Positions 27,823 to 39,297 of a stretch of 64,000 bases of DNA are shown here, one piece after another. The translations under genes were made by a program, and so were the position numbers. The DNA lies in the NCBI GenBank assembly GCA_002189035.1, contig NEEC01000013.1, positions 1,426,001 through 1,490,000 of the forward strand, in the 5' to 3' direction. The notes below the pieces were generated by a model, which was not told where the DNA came from, did not search any database, and worked only from the letters and a program-made list of their open reading frames with translations. Position 1 is the first letter of the stretch, and each line of letters begins with the position of its first letter. The DNA comes from Utricularia gibba (lineage: Eukaryota > Plantae > Magnoliophyta).

Positions 27823-28901
27823 CTAATAGATCGGATAGGAAGCATCGGTGGCGATTCCACACAGTCCGGTAGGGCTTGACCCAAGAATCTTCATCCGAAT
27901 GTATCCACTCTCTCCCCAGTCAGTTCCCCATGAATTCTTCACTATCCAATAGTGCAAGCCGTTCTCGGAGCCGTACCCCACAACCGTCATACTGTGGTCC
28001 AAATTTGTTCCGCATCGTCCAGTGAAAATCCCACCAGAATAAAACTGAAAAGCACTCCCACTCGCATCGACGGCCACTGCGACTGGCTGATTCGCCACCG
28101 CGGCTTGCAGTGCATGCTCACCGGTAGCAACATTAGCGAAGTTGGAGATGGTGGCGACGTTGCTCATAGACTTCGCAGAACATGTTCCGTCACTCGCGGT
28201 GCACGGGTACTCATCTTCTGATGCGATGCCTCCATTTGAAACGATCCACTGGAATGCAGATTGTACAGTGCCCCCGCTGCAACCGTTGGAATCTGGAACA
28301 CAGTAACTCAGCTCTGGCGCTGACAGGGATATCAGGTTACCGGTGTTGATCTCAGTGATGCCTTCGACTGCATCTGCGGCGGCGATTGCCCAACTACATT
28401 CTGCATCATTGATAATGCATTATGAACTTCATACTAGACAATATATAATGTCAATGGATTTAACATGAAACCCTTAATCCTCTCACCGCATGGGCCTTCG
28501 TCCTTCACAGGAGTGACGGCTCCCAAAGTCCTCCAATCAACGCTATCTGGCAGAGCTACATCGCTTACTTTGGAATGGTGGACCGGTGCAGCCTTATGAA
28601 GGCGGGGCTTATACGTGTTCCTTGCAGCAAATTCGTTGTTGGTGAGGTCAGTATACTTATTCTCACCAAGCTTGTAAGAGAGGCCTTTTGCGTTCACAGC
28701 ATCGATGTGCTCCGCATTGCTCTTGAAGATCTTGAATCTCTCCGCCTTCTCAGCTTCATTTTTGTACACTCGGCCGTATTTAGCCATCCATTTCTCGTGC
28801 CTGGCTTTCATGTGCGCATCGGGATCTACTCTCGCTTCTGCCTGGTAAATTGTGGCCCCGAGCAGCACCAGGAGCGCGATGAAAAGAACCTTAGACGCCA
28901 T
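27823..28901 (-). CDS. P7: papain-fold protein with catalytic Cys->Ser and oxyanion Gln->Glu (putative pseudoprotease), 330 aa. Exons 28901-28487, 28400-27823
   Basis: Spliced frame read through by hand with no stops: VKDEGPCE|CSWAIAAADAVEG...SLSAPELSYC...NLDHSM...KNSWG...SYPIY*. Canonical GT-AG 86-bp intron. Confidence 0.85.
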
Positions 28902-28962
28902 CGCTCAGTAAGATGGAAGATATCAGGGAGAAGAGGTGCAAATTGAAGTGCAATGCGAGAGG

Positions 28963-28971
28963 TATTTATAG
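28963..28971 (-). promoter_or_regulatory. TATA box of P7
   Basis: CTATAAATA on the - strand about 60 bp upstream of the ATG, at the same position as in P5, P6 and P8. Confidence 0.6.
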
Positions 28972-29967
28972 GGAAAAAATGTCTATTATTCTGAATAAAT
29001 AGTTTATAGACACAAGAAGTCCTTGTCCCGCATCTTTGACATGAATTAAATAGGTCAGTGCCCGTGTGCTTTGTCTTCATAATTAGATTGCCGATTAAGT
29101 AACCATGCAGTTGTTTTTCAATAGCAGATATATTACAAAAGTAATCATTGTATTTTGAATGTGTGATAAAAGTGATCATCGTATATGTAAAAAATTAATC
29201 ATATATAAGAAAAAAAAAGCCCAATATCCACTTTTCTAAATGACCATTTTCAATAGAATTTAGCATAACGGAAAGTAGATCATTCAAATTTAGCCACCCG
29301 TACCATCTCTCTCTCTCAAACACTAACTAATGATAAATTGGTCAAATTTTTAATATACCTTTCGGATTTGGCCCGTCTTATTTTTAAAATACCGGACAAC
29401 TTGAATGTGAAAATAAAAAATGCAACTTGCATGACAGCTTTACCAATAGAGTATCAACCATGGTTAACAAATTTTGACTCGCCGGTTTTACTGACCGAAT
29501 CTACACAATAAATAACTTGTAACTCTGTCACTTTTTTTCTATATTTATTTAATGTAATTTGTGTATGAATTATACTTTCGATTTGAGTACCCAGTAAGAT
29601 TAAGTGTAAAGATTATTAATGAAAAGATAGAAATTTTTTGAAAATTAATAATTATAAATTTAATTATCTGATAAATTCTCCATCTTTATCCCTATTATTT
29701 ACTAGGATTCATGGGAAATATTTGAAAAGATTTTTCACACATTCGATGCTGATAAACATATTAACTATTAAAATTTTAGCTTCATATAAAGTTTGATTTT
29801 TAGGGTGCTGTTTTATGTCATGTAGTCCATGAAATAGGGGTTATATAGAATAATTATTTTTTTTAATATAATATGTGACATATGATCAAATTTTTAATTC
29901 ATGCCATGTTTTGAATTGTTGACCATGGTCAATGGGGTAGTAATTACTAAAGTTCACTATATCGTTC

Positions 29968-31360
29968 TGATAAACGGAAATTTCCTAATATCGTTGCAAT
30001 AAAAATAGAAAATCCGTATCAAATAAATTTATAATCCCTAATCCTCACAAAATACAAATTAAACTGAAAATGCATAGTGGAATTCGGGGTCGATCACAAG
30101 GAGCTTGCGCTTGTCTTGTATTTCAGCAAATGTAGAATTCAAAGTAGGTAAGTCTTAGTTTAAGCTCGAAACAACAGTTGTAAACAAGATCAATAAACGG
30201 TATCAGGTCTAAACGCTAAAGTAACAAGTACTGGTTCTAACTCAGAATAATACTAACGTGCCTTAAAGATCTACAGGTGGTGTGTGCCAAAATTCCTAAT
30301 TTAATCTATCATGTTTCTATACTCACAACTTCAAATAACCTAAGTTTACCCAGGTGATTCATCATATTTTCGGCTAAGTTAATCCTCCATATCATCACCA
30401 ACCTTACAATTAGGTCTACTCGCAACCAAAGCATATAGAACTAGGTCTACCCGGTTCTACTGGTTCTACACCAGACTAACATCTACTGCTCCCGTCTTGA
30501 CCTATTGGTTTACCTCTAAATAAAGCATCTAAGTTGTGAAGGTACTGGTTCCCCTCCTTAGGTCTAACTATGGTTTGATAGATGCAAGAGCTAAGAAACA
30601 AAGGTCAATTTTATTAAGACTCCTAGACCCACATCACCATGCTTCACCTTAAGTCACTCCTAGAGTTTAGCTACTCATGCTTTGAAGGTAAAATGTAATG
30701 GCATTAACATAAAATAACGAAAATGTTGAGGACATAGTGTAAAAGCTAAAAACATAAGCAAACGAAAAGTAAAGTAGTAAAGTTTCTGGATTCCGTTTGC
30801 CATTGTTCACTGGCCGAAACAGTGGTGCTGAACTGAGTCTTTATCTTCTTCCTTCAAGCTGGAGGTTCTTCTCCAGAACAAATTGCCTTTCTTCCTCCTT
30901 CTTTTTGTGTTCTTCGTGTTCGAGTTGAGTTTTTTTGGGGGAGAAACCCCCCCTCGTGTTTGACTTCTCAAAATTCTAGGGTGAACTCCCTTTTTTTGCG
31001 ATTCTCTCTCCTCAGCTTTCTCTTTCCTCCCACTTCCCAAGTCAATTACATTCTCTGACAGATCTGCTGCTCCAGGCCCTGACTTGCAGACTGTCGTCGT
31101 GACAGTGTACTCATTGCCCCCTGCACCTTGGTGACTTGCACGAAATCCAGATTTTTCCTTGATTCTTGGGCTGCTGCTAGACTCCAAAATCGGGTTAGAC
31201 ATGGGGTGGGCTAAATCAAAGGATTTAGCCCACTAATCACACCAAAAATCATATTTTCCCTAATCAAATAAGAATACTTAAAACTATAAAATTAACACTT
31301 AAACATAATTAAAATCTATGATTTTTCTTATCCTAAAACATGAAAATTTGTGTGTTATCA
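29968..31360. mobile_element. Solo LTR, 1393 bp (probably Ty3/gypsy, Athila/Tat-like)
   Basis: TGATAA...TTATCA inverted ends; 5-bp TSD CGTTC/CATTC; empty sites near 25755, 36085 and 42220. Lineage guessed from length and sequence style. Confidence 0.75.
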
Positions 31361-31468
31361 CATTCCATGATTAAAGCATCATGTAGCGCATTAACAACAA
31401 TTATTTTGTAGGTCATGACGTATTTCGCATGGCATGCATACGAAATATGCTAGTGATGAAGTATCATG

Positions 31469-31582
31469 TTGTGCTAATGGATATGAAGCCCATGTGGCTA
31501 TTCCACACATCCCAACGCCTCCAATGCTTCTCTGCATCACGATGTATCCATTTAGTCCCCATCCTGTTTCCCACGAATTTTC
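31469..31582 (-). pseudogene. 3' remnant B of a P9/P11-type protease gene
   Basis: Homologous to remnant A, with the same truncation junction (CCTGAACATATAAAAGGCATAC); frameshifted, stop codon lost. Confidence 0.8.
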
Positions 31583-31793
31583 CTGAACATATAAAAGGCA
31601 TACATTTCGTGGCAGAAATCATCGTTTCGTAGTAACAAGATTTGTGTTTGTTGCACTTTGAGGTGTTACGATGCGCTTTCACTAATCTAATAACTCAAAC
31701 TTAATTGCAAACGAATGGAATTGAATTTCTCAGTGGAAGTACTTCAAATAGACGCTGATACCACTCCCTGTAGTAGTTGACATAAGGCCATTA

Positions 31794-32749
31794 GGATGCG
31801 TTTGATTGCTGGATTTAGGTGGATTGCGACATGGGTTTAAAAATAAACCGACGTTTGGTACGTGTGTTTCAGACGAGTAAAAATAAACCCACCTGCTGCC
31901 GATAAACCCAGCGGGAACTTGCCCAGCTAGGTTTAGCTAAACCCATGGGGGGAGGTCAGTTTAGTTAAACAAGCCTCGTTACTTCCAATTTTATCCTCAC
32001 GTCATCCAATTTTGAACGCAGATCTACCAGAAATCCGATGCATAGGTCTGAAGTAGATTTATTCAGATCTGTAACAGATTTATTCAGATCTGTAACACAT
32101 TTGTTCAGATCTATAACACATTTGTTTAGATCTGTTTGAATTTATTAAAGAAGAAGAAGAAGAAAAGGAAGAAGAAGAAGAAGAAGAAAAGTAAGAAGAA
32201 GAAGAAGAAAAAGAAGAAGATGAAAATAAAGAAGAAAAAGATGAAGACAAAGATAAAGAAAAAAAAATGAAAGTATTAACAACATGTCTAATATTGTGGG
32301 TTTTCATTTTTTATGCTGAATGTGAGTTTTCGTTTTGAAGACGAGCACCGTGTCTATTAATATCCGATGTTTGCAGTAAAATATGAATTTTTGTTTTGAA
32401 AACAAGTACAGTGTCTATTATTACTCAGTGCTTGTTATAAAATAAAGTTTCAATTAAACACTATGATTTATACTATGTGGTGTTCGATTGAACTTATAAA
32501 ATGATATAGAAAAATAAAATATGAGATAATTTATTTTAATTAACTAAAGTCTATATTGGTAATTTTATATAAAAATCATCACAAACCCAATTTTATACCC
32601 GCGTACCAAACGTGTATTAGTCTTAAATCCAAATAATCTAAATTCATTAACCAAGCACGAATTACACCCTTTAAATTCATAAAACTGAGTTATTTAAACC
32701 CAAATAAACTAAACCTTGATTTAGACTAAACCCAACAACCAACTTACCC
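31794..32749. mobile_element. PIF/Harbinger (Tourist-like) non-autonomous element, 956 bp
   Basis: TTA TSD on both sides; imperfect TIRs GGATGCGTTTGATTG / CAACCAACTTACCC; empty site in the P7 unit near 26745-26755. Confidence 0.65.
32148..32250. repeat. Imperfect (GAA)n microsatellite inside the Tourist-like element
   Basis: Directly visible GAA/AAG runs. Confidence 0.9.
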
Positions 32750-33949
32750 TTAGATATTGGGCATGTCCTGTGTTTTGAATATGTGATTCACATTATATTG
32801 AATAGAATTAATTTTAAGATTATATGAATAGAATCAGTTTTAGATTATAAGATTGTTTTATAGGACAATATAAAATTATATTATAAGTTTAATAAAATAG
32901 TTTATATATTTTTAAAGTAGATATGAAGCAAATTATATAATTTTTATAATTAATATTTTCTATAATAACCAAAAAAAGATTTAATAAATTTAATAATTTC
33001 TAAAATTAATCAGAATTTAAAATTTTAATTTCATCATAGAGCGGTTATATATTAAATTATTTAAAAATTAAATAGAATAAATTTAATAAATTATGTTTAC
33101 ATAATCTGCCAATTATTTTATTTGTGAAGTAAAATATGACAATCAAAACCCTAATCAAATCTAATCCTCAAACATGAATCTCAACCCGAGTTTCATTCTA
33201 AGGGAATCATCTCCCATAGTTTTTGAGCACCGATTCTTCATAATGTTTTATGAACAACTTTTTTTAGTAATTTTTTGAGTTACGTTCACTTTGCTAGATC
33301 TTTTTTTTTTTCGTGTAGGGGATTGTAATATTTTTCGTAGTGTAGTCTATGTATCGAGAGGTAAATCAGTTAATTATCTTTTGTGTCATGAATCCCTAAA
33401 TTCCTCCTGAAAAGGATAATTGAAAATAAGTTTTAAAAAAATGTAAAATAAAATTTATTGAAATTCAGAATGTGAAGATTCTCTCCCATGTCAGATATTT
33501 TGTCAATTTCGCAGGCAGTCAGTTATTTAGTTATGATGCGTCACAAGACAGCATTATAATGAAGGATGATTTCTAGCACTATCTTGAAGCCTAAGTAGCA
33601 AGGTTTGTAAAACAAATTTATGTTTCTTTTTAATAGTATCTGATGAGTTCACAAATTACATCTTTATAGTTGTGTTACTAATGATAATAAGTTTAGTCCT
33701 TGTCTTTTTGAAATTTGAACCAATTGGGATGTTAGGCTGATTCTTTGGTTCTTCTTTCTCTCAGTTTTGATCTCTCAAATCCAGACCCATACAGCTTGAC
33801 CCAACTCTTTATCCAGCTATCTATCCAATATGTATTCGTATTTGTCTTCTTCGTGATCTAGCGATTCTGAGGCAGTGTTCCTCTTCATCCCATGGTTTCA
33901 CCAAGTAGAGGTGACCTATCTCTTCATGCTGTAACATATACATGGCAAT

Positions 33950-35025
33950 CTAATAGATCGGATAGGAAGCATCGGTGGCGATTCCACACAGTCCGATAGG
34001 GCTTGACCCAAGAATCTGCATCTGAATGTATCCGTTCTCTCCCCAGCCAGTTCCCCATGAATTCTCCACTATCCAATAGTTCACGCCGTTCTCGGAGACG
34101 TACCCCACAATCGTTACCCAGTGGTTCAAATTTGTTGTGCATGATCCGGTGAAAATCCCACCGGAATATAACTGAAAATCAATCCCACTCGCATCGATAG
34201 CCGCTGCAACTGGCTGATTTGCCACCACGGCTTTTATTGCATCCTCACCGGTAACATTAGCGAAGTTGGAGATGGTGGCGACGTTGCTGGTGGAGCTCGC
34301 AGCACATGTTCCGTCACTGGCGGTGTCTGGGTAGCTATCTTCAGATCCGATGCCCCCATTTGAAATGATCCACTGGAATGCAGATTGTGGAGTGCCGCCG
34401 TTGCAACCGCTGGAATCTGTGTCACAGTCAACCAGCTCTTGCTCTGACAGGGATATCAGGATACCGGTTTTAATCTCAACGATGCCTTCCACTGCAGCTA
34501 CGGCGGCGATTGCCCAGCTACATCCTGCATCATAGATAATGCACAATGAACTTCATACTAGACAAAATATCATCTCAATGGATTTAACATGAAACCCTTA
34601 ATCCTCTCACCGCATTCGCCTTCGTCCTTTACAGGAGTCACGGCTCCCAAAGTCCTCCAATCAATGCTATCTGGCAGAGCTACATCGCTTACTTTGGAAT
34701 GGTGGACCGGTGCAGCCTTATGAAGGCGGGGCTTGTACGTGTTCCTTGCAGCAAATTCCTTGTTGGTGAGATCAGTATACTTATTCTCACCAAGCTTGTA
34801 AGAGAGGCCTTTTGCGTTGACAGCATCGATGTGCTCCGCATTGGTCTTGAAGATCTTGAATCTCTCCGCCTTCTCAGCTTCATTTTTGTACACACGGCCG
34901 TATTTAGCCATCCATTTCTCGTGCCTGGCTTTCATGTGCGCATCGGGATCTACTCTCGCTTCTGCCTGGTGAATTGTGGCCCCGAGCAGCACCAGGAGCG
35001 CCATGAAAAGAACCTTAGACGCCAT
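33950..35025 (-). CDS. P8: papain-fold protein with catalytic Cys->Ser and oxyanion Gln->Glu (putative pseudoprotease), 329 aa. Exons 35025-34611, 34524-33950
   Basis: VKDEGECG|[13 protein letters not shown]...NLNHWV...ENSWG...SYPIY*; 86-bp GT-AG intron; one in-frame 3-bp deletion; frame open. Confidence 0.88.
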
Positions 35026-35086
35026 CGCTCAGTAAGATGGAAGATATCAGGGAGAAGAGGTGCAAATTGAAGTGCAATGCGAGAGG

Positions 35087-35095
35087 TATTTATAG
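35087..35095 (-). promoter_or_regulatory. TATA box of P8
   Basis: CTATAAATA on the - strand about 60 bp upstream of the ATG. Confidence 0.6.
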
Positions 35096-36192
35096 ATGTA
35101 AAAAATGTCTTTTATTCTAAATAAATAGTTTATAGACACAGGAAGTCCTTGTGCCGCATCTTTGACATGAATTAAATAGGTCAGTGGCCGTGTGCTTTCT
35201 CTTCATGATTAGATTGCCGATTAAGTAACCTGGCAGTTGTTTTTCAATAAGGGATATATTACAACAGTAACCATTGTATTTTGAGTGTGTGATAAAGTGA
35301 TCACCATATATGTAAAACTTAATAATAATGTATGAGAAATAAAGGCTCCATATCCATTTTTCTAAATAACCCTTTTCAATAGAATTTAGCATAACGGAAA
35401 GACGATCATTCGAATTTAGCCACCCGTACCATCTCTCTCTCAAACACTAACTAATGATAAATTGGTCGAATTTCTAATACCTTTCGGATTTGGCCCGTCT
35501 TATTTTTAAAATACCGGACAACTTGAATGTGAAAATAAAAAAATGCAACTTGCATGGCAGCTTTACCGATAGAGTATCAACCATGGTTAACAAATTTTGA
35601 CTCGCCGGTTAACTGACCGAATCTACACAATAAATAATATGTAACTTTGTCACTTTTTTTCTATATTTATTTAATGTAATTTGTGTATGAAATATACTTT
35701 CGATTTGAGTACCTAGTAAGACTAAGTGTAAAGATTATTAATGAAAAGATAGAAAATTTTTGAAAATTAATAATTATAAATTTAATTATCTGATAAATTC
35801 TCCATCTTTATCCCTATTATTTACTAGGATTCATGGGAAATTTTTGAAAAAGATTTTTCACACATTCGATGCTAATAAACATATTAATTCGATTAAAATT
35901 TTAGCTTCATATAAAATTTGATTATGAGGGTGTTGGTTTATGTCATGTAGTCCATGGAATAGGGGTTATATAGAATAATTATTTTTTTTATATAATATGT
36001 GACATATGATCAAATTTTTAATTCATACCATGTTTTGAATTGTTGACCATGGTCAATGGGGTAGTAATTACTAAAGTTCATATCGTTCCATGATTAATGC
36101 ATCATGTAGCGCATTAAACAGCAGTTATTTTGTAGGCTACGACTTATTCAGCATGGCATGCATGCGACATATGATAGTGATGAAGTATCATG

Positions 36193-37258
36193 TTATGCTA
36201 ATGGATATGAAGCGCATGTGGCTATTCCACACATTCCAGGACCTAAAGTGCCTCTCTGGATCAAGATGTATCCATATAGTCCCCATCTTGTTCCCCATGA
36301 ATTCTTCACTAACCAAAACGGATTGGATCCGAGAGTCCCGTACCCTACGACGGTAACCCCGTGGTTGATGCTCGTCCCGCACTTTGGTGAATTGAATACT
36401 CCGCTGGTATAGAGTTGAAAATCCAATGAATCGGCTTCGATCGCGACGGAAACGGGCTGATTCGCCACTGCGCATTGCAGCGCGGTCTCGTTGTTTTGGG
36501 GAACACACTGGTAGCCCACAAGGGTGGCCGCAACCGGTCTCATGCTACTGGAGATGCATGTTGCTTGAGTCCCTTTGTAGGGGTAGGTTGCTTCGGATGC
36601 GACGCCGTTTTTCATTATGAAGGAAAAGCCAGCATTCATTGTCCCACCGTTGCACCCATAGCGATACGGATTGCAGCTTACAAGCTCTTGCTCAGATAAA
36701 GAAATTAGGGTACGGGTTTTGATCTGGCGGATGCCTTCTGTGGCTGCGATGGCGGAGAAAGCCCAGCAACTACCTGCATCACAGACTTATCTTTTATATC
36801 CATAAACAACACCCGTGAAGACTTCGTTTTTTCTTACCACACTGGCCTTGATCCTTGACGGGAGTGACGGCACCCAACGCCGTCCAGTTGATGCTCGAGG
36901 GAAGCGCTTGTTGGTTAACGTTCGCGTAACGGAAAGGGGTGGCAGTATGCTGCTCCGGTCGTACGAACCTGTTCCTGGATTCACGAAACTCCTCGTTGGT
37001 GAGATCAGCGAAGGCGTTCTCGCCGAGCTTGTAGGAAAGGCCGGCGGCATTAACAGAATCGATGTACTCCGCGTTGCTCTTGAAGATTTGATATCTCTTA
37101 GTCTTCTCCGCTTCGTCCTTGTATACACGGCCGTGTCGCTGCATCCAGCTATCGTGCCTCGCCATCATCTCCGCTTCTGGGGTTGATCTCGACTCCGCCT
37201 CGCAAGCCAAAGCTCCCAGTACAGCGACCAACGCAAGGAAAACAAACTTAGATCCCAT
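36193..37258 (-). CDS. P9: papain-like cysteine protease, 333 aa. Exons 37258-36838, 36773-36193
   Basis: Start at MGSKFVF (signal peptide); DQGQCG|SCWAFS, INHGV, KNSWG; 64-bp intron. Confidence 0.93.
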
Positions 37259-39297
37259 TTTTTCAGCTATCTTTGGAAATGCTAACAACACAAGTAGTGG
37301 GAACACAAGTATGGGAATTGAAGCGAAGTAGGCGAAGGTATTTATAGAGGGTGATCCACGCATCAGTCTCGTACAACCAACATGGGTCAAAAACCCTACC
37401 CAATAGACACAAGGAATATAATCCTCTAAACACCATTCGTACTCAATTTCGAAAAAAAAGCCCTGCTGTATTTTAAACGTACGGTTACACTTTAACACAA
37501 TTAAAAATTTTGATATAATGAAAATTGATATATATTTGAAGTTTTTTTTAAAAAAAATAATTATTTTTTTATAATTTAATAAAGTTTAGAGTATAGAATC
37601 AATTTTTATAAATAAAATTAATTTTGGTAAAATAGAATTGGTTTCCAAACGCTATCTTGCATTCCTTCATTCCCTTATTCTAAAATTTTTATTCATTAAG
37701 TAAACAATATACACAACATATTCCTTATGCTCATCTAAACCTAATTACTTTAAACACTTCGTATTTTAATTTCGTAAACCAAAAACTCCCTAAGTATTTA
37801 TGATTGATAATATACGAAAAAAGAAAAGAATAAATTACGGTGAGATACAAAATTAAAATCAATCAGGCAAATGCAAAATCCGATTCTGGGATTAACATTT
37901 ATGACCTACTTTGAAAAATTCGCCTACCCTAGTTGTTATTATTAAATAGAATTTTTTGAAATTCATGCACGTGACAAAACTATCATTCCTGATTCACATT
38001 TTCGAATTCGTATCTGATCTCTAACTCTGGAACTTGGTAATTCCTTGGGAACCCAATCTGCAGATAAGAATTTGTGAATTTCAATTGGATTAATTATAAA
38101 AAAAATTCATTATTGTTACATCACAATTCATTTAATTATGAGAAAATTGTAATAACAACACTTCAAATTTCGATAAATATAAAAATTTTAATCATCAAGT
38201 TTCAAAATTACAAAAAGAAAACACCTGTATTTGTCAACACTTTACAATAGAAATATAAATACTTTTCAATTTTTTTTAAAAAAGAACTGATTTATGTTGA
38301 CATGAACCTGCTCTAGTTTCAAGCCCGACAAAATTTCATGCTAGAGTTTTTTACATTTGAGTCTTAAGTTTGGCAAATCGAATGATACCTCTGTTAGAGT
38401 TATATCACATTTGTATCTCGTATGATTTAAATTGATGATAATTATATCGTATTATAGTAGAATTAGAGTTAAATCAGTTAATTTTGATAACATAAGGTGT
38501 TAAATATACAATTTTATAAATTTAAAGACAAAATATTTATAAAAAAATTAGTTGAAGGGTTTATAACATAAATTTTAAAATTTTGGAATTAAATTTTTTA
38601 TATTAATTGTAACTTGGAATATCACCAACAAACTACACCCATTTAATTGTTACACAAATTAAAAAAAACTTTATTTATTACAAAATATCATTTTAGAGAT
38701 AAATGTGATCAAGTTTCTTTATTACGGTCTTTGTGTAGGTTAATTTAGTCCACTTTAGGGTTATTCACCAAACGAATCTCTAGTTGCCGGCTTGGAATGG
38801 GTCAACACGTGTCGCCCAGGTGTAGGCTTTGAAAGTTCAAATTCCGCGACTATCTTCTTTTGATTGCATGGAATATTCCCTCATAAAAGGTGAGATTAAC
38901 GTGTTGGTTTAAACTGCTGCAAGTAAGCAGTATATGCATTCAATTCAATGTTTTCCGAAATTGGTTATTCAGTTTTTTTATTATTAAAAATAAAACGTAT
39001 TTGTTTATAAATATGTTAATAATTGAGTTATGAATGTTTTAAAATAGTAATTGCATCATAATTATATGGAAAAAAAACATTACAATAGTAATTCTGTTCA
39101 AATCGAAATCATGCTTTCGATTCCGGTTCGGTTCAGGAATATGAATGTCCATATATTTACGTTCGGATAGCAACTCTAACTCTGTGTCAAAGGCATTGTT
39201 TTATTTGGTAGGAAAAACAAAGATTGAAAACAAGCACTTGTCGCATTATGCCTCATCATTTATTTTGTGCCGTAGTTTTTGGGGGGTTTTCTGGGTT

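Noticed and set aside
30807-31202. 131-aa Lys/Arg-rich ORF
   Set aside because: It lies within the solo LTR, is low-complexity, and has no recognisable domain.
32080-32307. Ser/Phe-rich 75-aa ORF
   Set aside because: It is the translation of a GAA microsatellite inside a MITE-like element.
27823-35025. Calling P7/P8 plant silicateins
   Set aside because: Ser-His-Asn and short Ser runs are suggestive, but the oxyanion Gln is also lost and nothing in the sequence demonstrates silica chemistry. Kept only as one testable hypothesis.
37259-37498. Long N-terminal extensions of the ORF-track proteins for P9, P11 (48477-48629) and P13 (62218-62298)
   Set aside because: The P9 and P11 extensions run through the TATA box and promoter. 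In all three the downstream ATG gives a typical signal peptide aligned with the other paralogs.
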